DNA of 64,000 bases from sequence record DRR378314_1792; one strand, written 5' to 3'. The notes below the pieces were generated by a model, which saw only the letters and a program-made list of their open reading frames with translations, made no database searches and was not told the origin of the DNA. A program made the position numbers and the translations under genes. Positions 20,757 to 31,850 of this stretch are shown piece after piece (position 1 is the stretch's first letter; each line of letters starts with the position of its first letter).

Positions 20757-22259
20757 ATGGAACCAATTGAGCCTGTTATGAAGCATGCCTATCTCGCCAA
20801 CCTATCCGTGGACAAGTCAGATCCGGGCCCTTTGCATCGCCAACTGTTCCTGAAGCTCAGAGACAATATTCTGCAAAATATCATCAAAGCAGGGACCAGA
20901 CTTCCCTCAACCCGTTTACTGGCCGAAGATCTGGGTGTATCGCGAAACACTGTTTTAAGTGCTTTTGATCAATTGATGGCAGAAGGGTATCTGGAAGCCC
21001 GGGTCGGGGCTGGAACCTACGTGTCCGCACAAATTCCAGATGAACTGCTAAGCACTAATTCTGAAACCCCTAAATCCGCCGCCAAAACTCGCAAGATTAA
21101 ACTCTCCCGCCAGGCAGAAGCCTTGCGTCCAACTGGCTTGACCCGCCCTTATCACCAGGGCCCTTTTTCCCCCGGCAAGCCGGAACTGGACCAATTTCCA
21201 TTTGAAATCTGGGCGCGCCTGCTTGCAAAGCACTGGCGCAATCCGGAACCCCACTATTTAAGTGGAAACCCGATCGGTGGTTCACTGGCCCTGCGCCAGG
21301 CTTTAACGGAACATCTGGCGCAAACACGGGCCGTCAATTGTGAACCTGATCAGGTTATTGTTCTTTCGGGCTCTCAACAAGCTATTCATCTTGTGATCAA
21401 GGCCTTTGCCGAAATCGGAGATCCGATCTTAATGGAAGATCCCGGATTTCCCGGCATTCGAAATTCCATTATCGCGGCCGGTGCCAACCCGGTTGCAGTT
21501 CCCGTCGATGCGCAAGGGTTTCGTCTGAAAGCGGCCCAATCCCTTGCCCCTAAAGCGCGGCTGGCCTGTCTGTCTCCCTCCCATCAATACCCGCTGGGGC
21601 CCACCATGTCTCTGCAGCGGCGGCTGGAAATTCTGCACTGGGCGCAGGAGAAAGACCGGTTTGTGTTGGAAGATGATTATGACAGCGAGTATCGATATTC
21701 GGGGCGTCCCATCTCCTCCCTTCAGGGTCTGGATACCGAAGACCGGGTCTTATACGTTGGGTCCATGAGCAAGGTCATGTTTAGCGGCCTTCGGGTGGGG
21801 TATCTGATCGTCCCCAAAGATCTGGTGGATGTCTTTTTGGCGTTACGGCGGGATATTGACGGCCATTCCCCTGCCGTTGCAGAAGCCGCGTTAGCCGAGT
21901 TCATATCGGAAGGGTATCTGGCAACCCATATTCGAAAAATGCGGATCCTCTATGAACGCCGCCAACAGGTCTTAATTTCTGAACTGCAGGCAAAATGCAG
22001 CGAATTCCTGACCGTTAGAGAGCAGGAGTGCGGAATGCATCTCATTGCCTATTTAAGAGAGGATATTAAAGATACAAAAATTGAATCTCTTTGCCGTCAG
22101 AACGGGTTAATGCTTCGGGCGCTTTCCTCCTTTTATGAAGGTCCTGACAAAAAAAACGCTCTGATCATTGGATTTGCAGGAACTCACGAAAAACAGATGC
22201 CGGTCTTGGTCAGTCAGTTGGCACAATTGCTATCTGATTGTCTTCAGGTGACAGGCTGA
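20757..22259 (+). CDS. MocR/GabR-family regulator (GntR HTH plus PLP aminotransferase-like domain)
   Basis: RLPSTRLLAEDLGVSRNTV, PSHQYPLG, EDDYDSEY, GSMSK. Start may be 20778. Confidence 0.92.
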   Translation: MEPIEPVMKHAYLANLSVDKSDPGPLHRQLFLKLRDNILQNIIKAGTRLPSTRLLAEDLGVSRNTVLSAFDQLMAEGYLEARVGAGTYVSAQIPDELLSTNSETPKSAAKTRKIKLSRQAEALRPTGLTRPYHQGPFSPGKPELDQFPFEIWARLLAKHWRNPEPHYLSGNPIGGSLALRQALTEHLAQTRAVNCEPDQVIVLSGSQQAIHLVIKAFAEIGDPILMEDPGFPGIRNSIIAAGANPVAVPVDAQGFRLKAAQSLAPKARLACLSPSHQYPLGPTMSLQRRLEILHWAQEKDRFVLEDDYDSEYRYSGRPISSLQGLDTEDRVLYVGSMSKVMFSGLRVGYLIVPKDLVDVFLALRRDIDGHSPAVAEAALAEFISEGYLATHIRKMRILYERRQQVLISELQAKCSEFLTVREQECGMHLIAYLREDIKDTKIESLCRQNGLMLRALSSFYEGPDKKNALIIGFAGTHEKQMPVLVSQLAQLLSDCLQVTG

Positions 22260-22273
22260 CTTATGATGCCCAG

Positions 22274-24061
22274 ATGACGCTCTATATCCGCTCCCTTCTT
22301 ATTCTGGTGTTTCTAGCTGGGTTTGCGTTGAAGCCCGCCGCCGCAGAACACGCGCTTTCAATGCATGGGGCGGCAAAATACAAATCCGATTTTACCCATT
22401 TTGCCTACAGCAATCCAAATGCCGTGCGCGGCGGACACCTTCGCCTGCCTGTGATCGGCAGCTTTGATAGTCTACAGCCGTTTCTTGTCAAAGGGGTTGC
22501 AGCACGTGGTCTTGGCCTCGTTTATCAATCATTGATGACCCGCGCCAAGGATGAGCCTTTTACGCTGTATCCCAATATCGCAAAATCTGTCCAAACTGAC
22601 GAGGGGCGGCATTGGATCCGCTTCGACCTGGACCCGGACGCCCGGTTTTCAGATGGATCGCCGATCACCCCAGAAGATATTCAATTCAGCTTCGAATCTC
22701 TTCGAGACAAAGGACGGCCCAATCACCGGCATTATTATGGACTGGTTGAACGGGTAAAAATAAACCCACCGCAGCAGATCACTTTCATCTTTCAGGAAGG
22801 GGCTGGACGGGAGATGCCGTTAATCATCGGATTGATGCCGATCCTGTCCAAATCCTATTTCCAGAAACAGCCGTTCGATAAAACGTCGCTCAAAATCCCC
22901 CTTGGGACCGGGCCCTACAAGGTGGAGACCGTGGACGCCGGGAAATCCATTACATATAAACGAAGTTCCAATTTCTGGGGCGATCAGAAAGCCGTCTATA
23001 GGGGTCGATATAATTTTGAGCGGATTACCTTTGACTATTTCCGGGACATCGACATCGCCTTTCAGGCATTCAAGAACAAGGACCTTGATGTGTTTTTTGA
23101 AACTGATCCCGGTAAATGGGTCAGGCGAAAGACCCAAACCGAAGGTGTCTATAAATCCCACTCTGTAGACTTAAATCTTCCGCCGCCAATGCGGGCCATC
23201 ACCATGAACAGCCGACGCCCCCTTTTCAAGTCCCGAAACGTGCGCAGAGCTTTCTTGCTGGCTTATGATTTTGAATGGCTCAATGACAATATCCTGCACC
23301 GCCAATATACCAGAACCACCAGCTTCTTTGGCGCCGGCAACCTGCAAGCAACCGGATTGCCGGGACCAGAAGAGCGCCGACTATTAACGCCTTTCAAAGC
23401 TGAGCTCCCAAAAGCTGTGTTCCAGGAGGCGGTGCAGCTTCCCCGTTCGGATGGATCCGGCCGAATTCGCACACGCTTAAAGAAAGCACGCCAGCTCCTG
23501 CAAGACGCCGGATTTCAACTCAGAAATGGCCGCTTGATCAACCCCGAAACCGATGCCCCACTGACCGTCGAGATAATCTATAATGATAGCGACCACTTAA
23601 AACTTTTTGGAAATTTCAAAAAGAACCTGCAAAAACTGGGGATAGAGCTGAAAGCCAGAGAACTGGATGATGCCAGCTACCAGAACCGCATCACCCAGTT
23701 TGATTTTGAACTGATGGTTTCAAAATGGGGGCAAAGCCTGTCCCCTGGAAATGAACAGCAATTTTACTGGAGTACGCAAGCTGCCCAAACCCCCGGTAGC
23801 CGAAACTATCCCGGGATCGAAAATGCTGCCGTAGATCATCTGGTTCAACAGATTGCAACGGCTGAGACACGCACTTCCCTGGAGATAGCGGTCAGGGCAC
23901 TGGATCGGGTTTTGATGAGCGGATGTTATGTTATCCCCCTTTATCATGCGGCAGCACAGTGGATTTACACCACCCCCGAGATCCAGTTTCCGGAAATACC
24001 CAGCAATTATGGTATAACGCTGGATCTTTGGTGGTGGTCGGCAGATCCAGTTGACGATTGA
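22274..24061 (+). CDS. ABC peptide-type solute-binding protein (family 5, YejA-like)
   Basis: Signal peptide, HALSMHG...F.HF.Y.NP.A..GG, GSFDSL, PLGTGPY, SPGNEQ, GSRNYPGI. Confidence 0.88.
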   Translation: MTLYIRSLLILVFLAGFALKPAAAEHALSMHGAAKYKSDFTHFAYSNPNAVRGGHLRLPVIGSFDSLQPFLVKGVAARGLGLVYQSLMTRAKDEPFTLYPNIAKSVQTDEGRHWIRFDLDPDARFSDGSPITPEDIQFSFESLRDKGRPNHRHYYGLVERVKINPPQQITFIFQEGAGREMPLIIGLMPILSKSYFQKQPFDKTSLKIPLGTGPYKVETVDAGKSITYKRSSNFWGDQKAVYRGRYNFERITFDYFRDIDIAFQAFKNKDLDVFFETDPGKWVRRKTQTEGVYKSHSVDLNLPPPMRAITMNSRRPLFKSRNVRRAFLLAYDFEWLNDNILHRQYTRTTSFFGAGNLQATGLPGPEERRLLTPFKAELPKAVFQEAVQLPRSDGSGRIRTRLKKARQLLQDAGFQLRNGRLINPETDAPLTVEIIYNDSDHLKLFGNFKKNLQKLGIELKARELDDASYQNRITQFDFELMVSKWGQSLSPGNEQQFYWSTQAAQTPGSRNYPGIENAAVDHLVQQIATAETRTSLEIAVRALDRVLMSGCYVIPLYHAAAQWIYTTPEIQFPEIPSNYGITLDLWWWSADPVDD

Positions 24062-24085
24062 ACCTTCGATAGGCGATAACTATAT
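24057..24085 (+). promoter_or_regulatory. Possible RpoH/RpoD-type promoter of yaaA
   Basis: ATTGAA-N16-ACTATAT, one mismatch per box to CTTGAA-N16-CCTATAT. Confidence 0.35.
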
Positions 24086-24119
24086 CCATAATCTCGTGTC
24101 ACTGATTGGAAATTCTCTT

Positions 24120-24893
24120 ATGCTTGCTTTGTTATCACCAGCCAAAAAGCTCAATTTTGATCGGGACAATCTGCCCGAAGAGCATAGTGATCTACAATTC
24201 ACAAAAGAGACCAAAAACCTTTTGAAATCTGCCAAGCAACAAAAAGCCGCAGATTTGAAACGCCTTATGAAAATCAGCGATGATTTGAGCGAACTGAACT
24301 TCAACCGGTTTCAAGCCATGAAGTTTCCCTTCACCGAAGACAACGCCAAGCAGGCTGCCTTTGCCTTTAACGGGGACACCTATGCTGGCCTTGATATTGA
24401 AAGCCTGAGTGAGACAGATGTGAAATTTGCCCAAGACCATGTGCGGATTTTATCTGGCCTCTATGGACTTGTTCGCCCGCTTGACCTAATCCAGCCCTAT
24501 CGACTGGAAATGGGAACCCGTATGGCCAACAGCCGCGGTGAAAATTTATACGAATTCTGGGGGGATAAACTGGCCAAAGCTTTAAATAAGGAACTTGAGG
24601 GCCATTCTTCAAAATACATTATTAATCTGGCTTCCACCGAGTATTTCAAGGCAATCCCGAAAAAGTCACTGAAGCATCCTGTGATTACCCCTGTCTTCAA
24701 AGAAGTGAAGGACGGGACCGCAAAAGTCATTGGATTTTCAGCGAAACGAGCCCGCGGGATGATGGCTCGCTATATCAGCCAGAATAAAATCGATGGGCCA
24801 GAAGCGCTGAAGTCTTTTGAAATGGCTGGATATCAATATATGCCGGACCTATCCAGCGACACTGAATATCTATTTTATCGGGACGCTTCCTAA
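24120..24893 (+). CDS. yaaA: Peroxide stress protein YaaA
   Basis: LLSPAKKL, ILSGLYG, IQPYRLEMG, NLASTEY, AKRARG. Confidence 0.93.
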   Translation: MLALLSPAKKLNFDRDNLPEEHSDLQFTKETKNLLKSAKQQKAADLKRLMKISDDLSELNFNRFQAMKFPFTEDNAKQAAFAFNGDTYAGLDIESLSETDVKFAQDHVRILSGLYGLVRPLDLIQPYRLEMGTRMANSRGENLYEFWGDKLAKALNKELEGHSSKYIINLASTEYFKAIPKKSLKHPVITPVFKEVKDGTAKVIGFSAKRARGMMARYISQNKIDGPEALKSFEMAGYQYMPDLSSDTEYLFYRDAS

Positions 24894-25885
24894 AAACGGG
24901 ACCGATCCCGACTTTCCCAGATTTCTGATGCCCGTTGATCAAGGGCTTCCACCGTCTCCTTCGGATGCTTCATTTTCAGGGCAACCGACAGAGTGCCAAT
25001 GATCGCTTTCTCCGGAACCGGCAGGGATATCTCAGCGCGCCATAACTTCAATAGCTGATCAGTCGCCAAATTTTCTTCACGCCATTTGTAAGTGGTCTCA
25101 TCGGTTAAGGCTGGCCAGACGATTTCCAGTTCCTGACCGCCAACAAGCGTATCCACCCGGGCAGCTTTCATTGGATTACGCATCACTTCACCGCCGCCGC
25201 CCTTAAAAATCATGGCATGTTCCTGACCCAGTAATTTTGCCGTCGCCAAATGGCCCGCTTTATAGGGGGGATGAAAAACACCCTGCAACTGACAGGGGGC
25301 GTTGAGCGGGTTGAGGTCCCTGGCAAAAGTGTTAACCGCAGTTCGCACCCCCAGAAAGGGGCGCAATTCAAACAAGGATTGCAGCGGCGAACAGAAATTT
25401 TCAAGCCCCAGATAAACCAGGTTCTGATCTTCAAACAGTTCGGGCAAATCGGCCAGTGAGCTGGCTTGCGGAATTCCAAAACTAGACAATGCAGGCCGGG
25501 TAGGTGCATATCCATCGGCATAGCCTTCGATGCCATGCATCAAAATCCTGTAACCTTGATCGGCAAGCAAAATTGCCGCCAGAACAAACCAAGGTTGTTG
25601 CCGGTGTCGATCTGCATAGGATGGCCAGTCATAATCCACCGGAATAGTCGGCAGGCTATCCTGAAAAAGGGCTTTTGCCGCCGCGGCCATACCGGCAAAT
25701 TCCGCCCCTGTTTCTCCTTTTCTGCGAAGGAGAAGCAAAAATGCCCCGATCTGCAACGGATCTGCGTTTCCTGTCAGGATCATGGACATGGCTTCGTTTG
25801 CCTCATCATAATCCAGATCACGCCACATATTCGGACCCTTGCCCAAGGCTCGGACATATTGGGCAAACGGATGATCTTCGCTCAT
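24890..25885 (-). CDS. Glycosyltransferase family 3 / YbiB (TrpD2)-like protein
   Basis: QIGAFLLLLRRKGET, DWPSYA, LGVRTAVNT, GVFHPPY, KGGGGE. Confidence 0.8.
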   Translation of the reverse strand: MSEDHPFAQYVRALGKGPNMWRDLDYDEANEAMSMILTGNADPLQIGAFLLLLRRKGETGAEFAGMAAAAKALFQDSLPTIPVDYDWPSYADRHRQQPWFVLAAILLADQGYRILMHGIEGYADGYAPTRPALSSFGIPQASSLADLPELFEDQNLVYLGLENFCSPLQSLFELRPFLGVRTAVNTFARDLNPLNAPCQLQGVFHPPYKAGHLATAKLLGQEHAMIFKGGGGEVMRNPMKAARVDTLVGGQELEIVWPALTDETTYKWREENLATDQLLKLWRAEISLPVPEKAIIGTLSVALKMKHPKETVEALDQRASEIWESRDRSRF

Positions 25886-25956
25886 TTCAAACTATCCAAC
25901 GATATTTTTGTATGTGAAAGGGTTTAGACATTAGAAAACTTGAGGGCAAGCCAGCT

Positions 25957-28398
25957 TTATTGAAAGCGTTCCATCAATCGACGTAAATACTGCTTTTCGC
26001 CATCGGTACGTGACGGGTCTGTCAACCGGCGGCGCAGTTCGTCCAGAATTTGACGGGTCGTGGAAAGATAACCTTTGTCAAATATCTTAAATTGGTTGTT
26101 ATCCCGGCCACCCTGCCCATTTTCCTCTAATGAGCGTCCAAGCGGATCCCGATTGCCCTGACGACCGACCTGCCCCGGATTTTGGCCCTGCTGGGCCTGC
26201 ATCATTTGCTGTGCAAGCCCTTCCATGGTGCGTTGCAGGGCATCCATTGCATTTTGCTGAGACGTCTGTGCGGGGTCCCCTTGTCCGGATTGCAGTTGTT
26301 CACGCGCAGAATTCATAGAGCGTTCCGCCTGCCCAAGAGATCCCGGTATTTTACCCTGCATCCCCATATCAGCCATCATTTCCCCCAACTGCTGCCGTAG
26401 TTTTTCCTGCTGTTCTGCCAGACGCTGCAGCTGCTCCGCTTGTTCGGACAAGGGTTGATCTTTTAAATTCCCTGAGCGCCGCGAACTTCGCATGGTTTCA
26501 TCCAACAGGTCCTGCTGTTGTTTTAACATGTCGCCAAGTTCGTTCAGCATTTTCTGACCCGCCTGTTGAGAGGGGCTTTGCATCATTGGTGATGCCATCT
26601 GCAGATTCTCCAGGATATCCTGCAATTGGCTCAACAGGTTTTTGGCATCATTTCGCGCGCCGGATCGGGATAGCTGATCGATTTGATCCAACAGATTATT
26701 CAGATCCTGATTACTTAGCATCTGGTTCTGATCCCCTTGCTGCAACGGTTGCTCCCCTGGCGTGGCCTGCTGGCTTTTCGCCATCTCCCGGAGGAAATCA
26801 GACATGGCCTGCTTTAACTCCTCGACCAGCTTTTTAATTTCCTCATCCGGAGCATCATTGTTCAGCGCGTCCATCAGGCGTTGCTGTGCTTCTCGTAACG
26901 CCCGCTCCGCCAAAGTCAGATTTCCGTTTTCAAATTTCAAAGCGGCCTGCCAGAGAAGCTCTGCAACTTCTTTGTAGGTATCATCACCCGTTTCAAACAG
27001 CAAAATCCCTCGAGCGACCGAGACCATCAGCATCGCGGCAACATCTTCGCTTTCTGCTTCCGGCAGAGATGTGATGATCGACAGGGATTCAATGACGGGA
27101 ATTCGGTTCCTGTCCGGATCTGCCATCAACCTTTTGCGTTCAGCCACCAACGCTCTGGCTATGTGGTTGGTGAAAACCCGCTCCGGCAACTTTAGTTTCA
27201 CCATTTGTGAACGACCTATTTGACCAGCCTCATCTTCTGCAGAGGCTTGCAAATTCACGGTCAAGCCGGCCCATGGATGAGCCGTGAGATCGTGGTAACT
27301 TTTACTTTCGACCGTCTTGGCGCCGACGGCAAAAGGCAAAGGCAGGACAATTTCTTCCTCCTGACCTTCCCGGGTAATAACACCGGTAAGCTTCACCACC
27401 CCATAGTCATCCTCCGCCAGAACCACCAGTTGCAGGGCAGATCGATCTGTCGCATTGGGCAGCGTCAGGATTTTAACCAACGGGGCCAAATCCGGTATTA
27501 TGTCCACATCCCATGTCGCCAGGGCTTCACCCTCTTTTTCCAGGGTCCAGCGGCCAGACTGGATATCTTCCAGTGTCACCTGAAAATGACCGGTTTCAAC
27601 CACATCAAAGGGAAAATTCTCTGTCCCATTTTTGAGAAATGGCGTTTCCTCATCACCGCCGTTGAGCCGGCCAACAAGTTTTGATCCTTTGGGAACCTTA
27701 AAGGTTGACGTCGGTTGCCGTTTATCTTCCTCATCCGCATCAGCTTTGCGTTGAACCAAAAGCACGGGCGCAAGAGCCGTATAGTCTGGGGGAACCGCCC
27801 AGATATCAGCTTCGATTTTAGCAACCGGGCCCAACAAATTGACTGTAAAGGCGGTCTTGAAATGGGAAAAACCGCTTATCCCGCCAACCCCAAAGCTGAT
27901 CACCAGCAACAGGATAGACAAAGACCGGAATGACCAGTTATCGCCATTTGAAATGCCCATATGCGGGTTGAAAAGCTTCAGATTGCCAAGCGCCCGCAGT
28001 CTTTGCATCACATGCAATTGCCAGAGAAATTCTGTTCGCTTGGGGGCATCCGGTGCGATCACAGGACTCGCATCAGCAGATCGCAAAGGTCGATGTTGAA
28101 GGTCATTTTCCCGCTCAAGGCGGGCAAGTCCGTCTTCTTCGGTGGGGAAAGTGAAATGAGCGAAGAGATACCACAAGCTTGTAATCGCGGCCCCGGCAAA
28201 CGCCAACAATCCTGCGAAATGAACATATGCCGAGAGTACAGTCCAGCCACCAACCAACGTAAAGGCGCAGAAGACCAACAGTGTGCAAAAAAGAGGGAAA
28301 GAAGCCGTCCACAGCCGCTCAAGCAAAATCAACTGCCGGGCAACCGACAGCTTTCGCTTCAACTTCGTTTCAATTTTCGGCTCGCGTGTCTCCATCAA
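25957..28398 (-). CDS. DUF4175/TIGR02302 family membrane-anchored coiled-coil protein
   Basis: N-terminal TMs, HRPL, WAVPPDYT, DDYGV, DLTAHPWAG, RDPLGR, YLRRL. Confidence 0.88.
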   Translation of the reverse strand: MMETREPKIETKLKRKLSVARQLILLERLWTASFPLFCTLLVFCAFTLVGGWTVLSAYVHFAGLLAFAGAAITSLWYLFAHFTFPTEEDGLARLERENDLQHRPLRSADASPVIAPDAPKRTEFLWQLHVMQRLRALGNLKLFNPHMGISNGDNWSFRSLSILLLVISFGVGGISGFSHFKTAFTVNLLGPVAKIEADIWAVPPDYTALAPVLLVQRKADADEEDKRQPTSTFKVPKGSKLVGRLNGGDEETPFLKNGTENFPFDVVETGHFQVTLEDIQSGRWTLEKEGEALATWDVDIIPDLAPLVKILTLPNATDRSALQLVVLAEDDYGVVKLTGVITREGQEEEIVLPLPFAVGAKTVESKSYHDLTAHPWAGLTVNLQASAEDEAGQIGRSQMVKLKLPERVFTNHIARALVAERKRLMADPDRNRIPVIESLSIITSLPEAESEDVAAMLMVSVARGILLFETGDDTYKEVAELLWQAALKFENGNLTLAERALREAQQRLMDALNNDAPDEEIKKLVEELKQAMSDFLREMAKSQQATPGEQPLQQGDQNQMLSNQDLNNLLDQIDQLSRSGARNDAKNLLSQLQDILENLQMASPMMQSPSQQAGQKMLNELGDMLKQQQDLLDETMRSSRRSGNLKDQPLSEQAEQLQRLAEQQEKLRQQLGEMMADMGMQGKIPGSLGQAERSMNSAREQLQSGQGDPAQTSQQNAMDALQRTMEGLAQQMMQAQQGQNPGQVGRQGNRDPLGRSLEENGQGGRDNNQFKIFDKGYLSTTRQILDELRRRLTDPSRTDGEKQYLRRLMERFQ

Positions 28399-28426
28399 AT
28401 CCCTTTCTGGGACTTAAGATAACGCT

Positions 28427-29698
28427 TTAATCTCCGTTATCCAGCCATGACGGAATTGTATCAAGTTCCAGCAACTCATCCAAGGACGGTCTTTTGCGGA
28501 TCACTTCAAATTGATCGTTCTTCACCAGAACCTCCGGAACCAAAGGACGCGTATTATAAGTCGACGCCATTACGGCTCCGTACGCGCCTGCGCTTCGAAA
28601 GGCAACCAGATCACCTGCTTCGACCGGAGGCAATTCGCGCTCTCGTGCAAAAGTATCGCCAGTTTCGCATACCGGTCCAACCACATCGGCTGGCTCCCGG
28701 ATGCTGGTTTCAGAAGGCTCCAAAATTGTGTCAATATGATGATACCCATCATACATGGCCGGGCGGATCAGATCGTTCATCGCCGCATCCAGTATGATAA
28801 ATTTCCGTTTGGCACCCTGCTTCACATAGATCACTTCGGACACGAGAATACCGGCATTTCCAACAATCAAACGACCCGGCTCGAAAATAAGCTGAACACC
28901 CATGTTGCCCATAGCTTCAATGGCAACGGCGCCATAAGATGCCGGACTTGGCGGGATGGTCCCGTCATAAGGAATTCCAAGTCCGCCCCCAAGATCAACC
29001 TGGGTGATATCATGACCTTCGCCGCGCAAGGTTTCCACCAGTTCCCGAACCCGCAAAAACGCATTGTTAAACGGGTCCAAATCAGTTAGCTGGGATCCAA
29101 TATGGACGTCCACGCCCTGAATTTTGATACCAGGGAGCGCCGCAGCTTCGCGGTAAATGCGAGAGACATCCTGCCACGGCACACCAAATTTATTCTCCGC
29201 TTTTCCGGTTGAGATTTTGGCATGAGTTTTCGCATCCACGTCGGGATTAACCCGAAAGGCAACAGGTGCCTGCAGGCCGAGGTTCGAAGCAACCTCAGAC
29301 AGAACCCGGATTTCCGGCTCAGATTCGACATTAAACTGATGAATACCCGCTTTGAGCGCCGTTTCCATTTCCCAAGGGCGTTTTCCAACGCCAGAAAACA
29401 CAATCTTGGAGGCAGGAATACCAGCGATCAAGGCCCGCTGCAATTCACCGCCGGAAACCACATCCGCCCCGGCGCCAAGATTGGCGAGGGTTTTGAGAAC
29501 CGCTAGATTGGAATTGGCTTTAACAGCGAAACAGACAAGCGCATTGCTGCCCTCAAACGCGCCAGAGAACACCTTATAATGCCGCTCCAACGTTGCTGAG
29601 GAGTAGACATAACAAGGGGTTCCAACCTCTTTTGCGATTTGCGCAACAGGAAGGTCTTCGGCGTATAGTTCCCCATTTTTATAGGTAAAATGATCCAT
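28427..29698 (-). CDS. lysA: Diaminopimelate decarboxylase
   Basis: FAVKANSN, HIGSQ, EPGR, GPVCETGD, GAYG. Confidence 0.96.
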   Translation of the reverse strand: MDHFTYKNGELYAEDLPVAQIAKEVGTPCYVYSSATLERHYKVFSGAFEGSNALVCFAVKANSNLAVLKTLANLGAGADVVSGGELQRALIAGIPASKIVFSGVGKRPWEMETALKAGIHQFNVESEPEIRVLSEVASNLGLQAPVAFRVNPDVDAKTHAKISTGKAENKFGVPWQDVSRIYREAAALPGIKIQGVDVHIGSQLTDLDPFNNAFLRVRELVETLRGEGHDITQVDLGGGLGIPYDGTIPPSPASYGAVAIEAMGNMGVQLIFEPGRLIVGNAGILVSEVIYVKQGAKRKFIILDAAMNDLIRPAMYDGYHHIDTILEPSETSIREPADVVGPVCETGDTFARERELPPVEAGDLVAFRSAGAYGAVMASTYNTRPLVPEVLVKNDQFEVIRKRPSLDELLELDTIPSWLDNGD

Positions 29699-29716
29699 TA
29701 AGGTCGGCTCCTCAAA

Positions 29717-29839
29717 TCAGCCGCTAGATTTACTCTGCTCGGTCTTTTTCTGGTAAACTGGTTCCCCTTTTTTACCGCAAGCCGAAAGACCGCCGGCAAC
29801 GAAGAGAGTGATCACCAGAATAGAAATCAACTGTTTCAT
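29717..29839 (-). CDS. Small lipoprotein (YifL/LptM-like, 40 aa), not in ORF track
   Basis: Hand translation [40 protein letters not shown]; lipobox LSAC followed by GKKG; ATGA overlap with the argH stop. Confidence 0.8.
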   Translation of the reverse strand: MKQLISILVITLFVAGGLSACGKKGEPVYQKKTEQSKSSG

Positions 29840-31230
29840 TGCGTCTCTCCGTCCAGCCGGGTTTTCCAAAGCTGCACCTGCGCCGTCACATTCTGCGGCG
29901 AGGTTCCACCGTAGCTGACACGACTGGCCACCGAATTATCGACCCCAAGGACATCAAACACTTCTTGGGTAATGGCCGGTTCCACCCCTTGCATATCCTG
30001 CAAAGTCAGATCCTCTAGCCCACAATTCTGTGTTTCGGCAAGTTTGACAAGGGCACCCGTCACATGATGGGCATTTCGAAAGGGCATATTCAGGCTTCTG
30101 ACAAGCCAGTCCGCCAAATCCGTTGCCGTTGAAAAACCGGCACCCGAGGCAGCCTTCAAGACGTCGCGATTGACCGTCAGATCACTAATCATCCCGGTCA
30201 TGGCCGCAAGGCAGAGCTGCAGGTTATCCGCAGCATCAAAAACCGGCTCTTTATCTTCCTGCATATCCTTCCCATAGGTCATGGGAAGCCCCTTCATCAT
30301 CATAAGCAGCGTATTAAACGCGCCTGAGCTACGTCCCGCTTTGCCCCGGATCAATTCGGCAGCATCAGGGTTTTTCTTTTGCGGCATAATGGAAGAACCA
30401 GTGGAAAAACTATCGGAACATTCAACGAAGCGGAACTGGGCACTGGACCAGATCACGATTTCTTCCGCCAGACGGGAAAGATGCATGGAACAGATTGAGG
30501 CAAAGCTCAAAAATTCAAGTGCAAAATCGCGATCGGAAACTCCGTCCAGTGAATTGGCCGTTGGCCGGTCAAAACCCAGTTCTTTTGCTGTCATCTCCCG
30601 ATCAATTGGAAAAGACGTCCCGGCAAGAGCCGCAGACCCCAATGGACATTCGTTCATCCGTGCCCGTGCATCCTGAAGACGGGCGCGGTCGCGAGCGAAC
30701 ATTTCCGTGTAGGCCAGCATATGATGACCAAATGTTACGGGCTGGGCTGCCTGCAAATGAGTGAAGCCCGGCATAACCGTGTCCGCCTCTTTTTCGGCCA
30801 GACCAACCAGAGCGGATTGCAGATCTTTCAGCTCACCATCCAGATGATCCATGGTATCGCGCACCCAAAGACGCATGTCAGTTGCCACCTGATCATTTCG
30901 CGAGCGTGCCGTGTGAAGCCGTCCAGCCGCATCACCGATCAGTTCCCGCAACCGGGCTTCCACATGCATATGGATATCTTCCAGCGCTGGATCCGTTTTA
31001 AAGTCGCCGGCTTCGATCTCACGAAGAATTGTCCGCAATCCCTCCTGAATTTTCTCGCCATCTTCCCTTGATATTATACCCTTGGCTATCAACATGTTGG
31101 AATGGGCGATGGATCCGGTAATATCCTGCTGATACAGGCGCCTGTCGAAATCGATGGACGCATTAATCCGTTCCATAATCTCGGCGGGGCCTTTGGCAAA
31201 CCTGCCACCCCAAAGCTCATTTGCGCTCAT
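29836..31230 (-). CDS. argH: Argininosuccinate lyase
   Basis: [31 protein letters not shown]. Confidence 0.97.
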   Translation of the reverse strand: MSANELWGGRFAKGPAEIMERINASIDFDRRLYQQDITGSIAHSNMLIAKGIISREDGEKIQEGLRTILREIEAGDFKTDPALEDIHMHVEARLRELIGDAAGRLHTARSRNDQVATDMRLWVRDTMDHLDGELKDLQSALVGLAEKEADTVMPGFTHLQAAQPVTFGHHMLAYTEMFARDRARLQDARARMNECPLGSAALAGTSFPIDREMTAKELGFDRPTANSLDGVSDRDFALEFLSFASICSMHLSRLAEEIVIWSSAQFRFVECSDSFSTGSSIMPQKKNPDAAELIRGKAGRSSGAFNTLLMMMKGLPMTYGKDMQEDKEPVFDAADNLQLCLAAMTGMISDLTVNRDVLKAASGAGFSTATDLADWLVRSLNMPFRNAHHVTGALVKLAETQNCGLEDLTLQDMQGVEPAITQEVFDVLGVDNSVASRVSYGGTSPQNVTAQVQLWKTRLDGETQ

Positions 31231-31272
31231 GTATGGGCTCTCTTTATAGTAAATAACTGGACAGTCGTGACG

Positions 31273-31842
31273 ATGAAAACCAAAAAGCCGTTTCTTACTC
31301 TTCTAGCTTTCCTGCTTACATTTACAGGGCTTGTGGGCTTCACTTCAACAGCTTTCTCAGCGAATCTGAAGGAACTGGCTGTCGGCGAAATGAAAAATGT
31401 GGTTATCTCGCCGGATCCTGAGGCGATCACAGACTTCTCTTTCATTGATGTGGATGGCAAAACCCACCAGATTTCAGATTTTCAGGGTAAAACCATTCTC
31501 CTGAATTTCTGGGCCACTTGGTGCGGCCCGTGTAAAGAAGAAATGCCGTCTATTGATCAACTGCAAGCAGAAATGGGATCGGATAAGTTTGAAGTTCTCA
31601 CGGTAAGCCATGACCTTCAGGGCATAGACCGGGTCGTAAAATTTTTCAAAGCGTTGAAGATTGAAAACCTGACCCCGTATAACGACAAATCAATCAAATC
31701 TGGCCGCGTTACCGGTGTCTTTGGTCTGCCCGCCACGTTGATTTTAAATGCAAAAGGCGAAGAAGTTGCCCGCATGGTGGGACCGGCTGAATGGGATAGT
31801 GATGAGGCCAAAGCATTGCTGAATGCAGTTATTGAGGAATGA
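31273..31842 (+). CDS. tlpA: TlpA-family thiol:disulfide oxidoreductase
   Basis: N-terminal anchor, [23 protein letters not shown]; divergent from argH. Confidence 0.88.
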   Translation: MKTKKPFLTLLAFLLTFTGLVGFTSTAFSANLKELAVGEMKNVVISPDPEAITDFSFIDVDGKTHQISDFQGKTILLNFWATWCGPCKEEMPSIDQLQAEMGSDKFEVLTVSHDLQGIDRVVKFFKALKIENLTPYNDKSIKSGRVTGVFGLPATLILNAKGEEVARMVGPAEWDSDEAKALLNAVIEE

Positions 31843-31850
31843 GGCTTCTG

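Noticed and set aside
25957-26900. Gln-rich repetitive sequence
   Set aside because: Normal coiled-coil C-terminus of the DUF4175 family.
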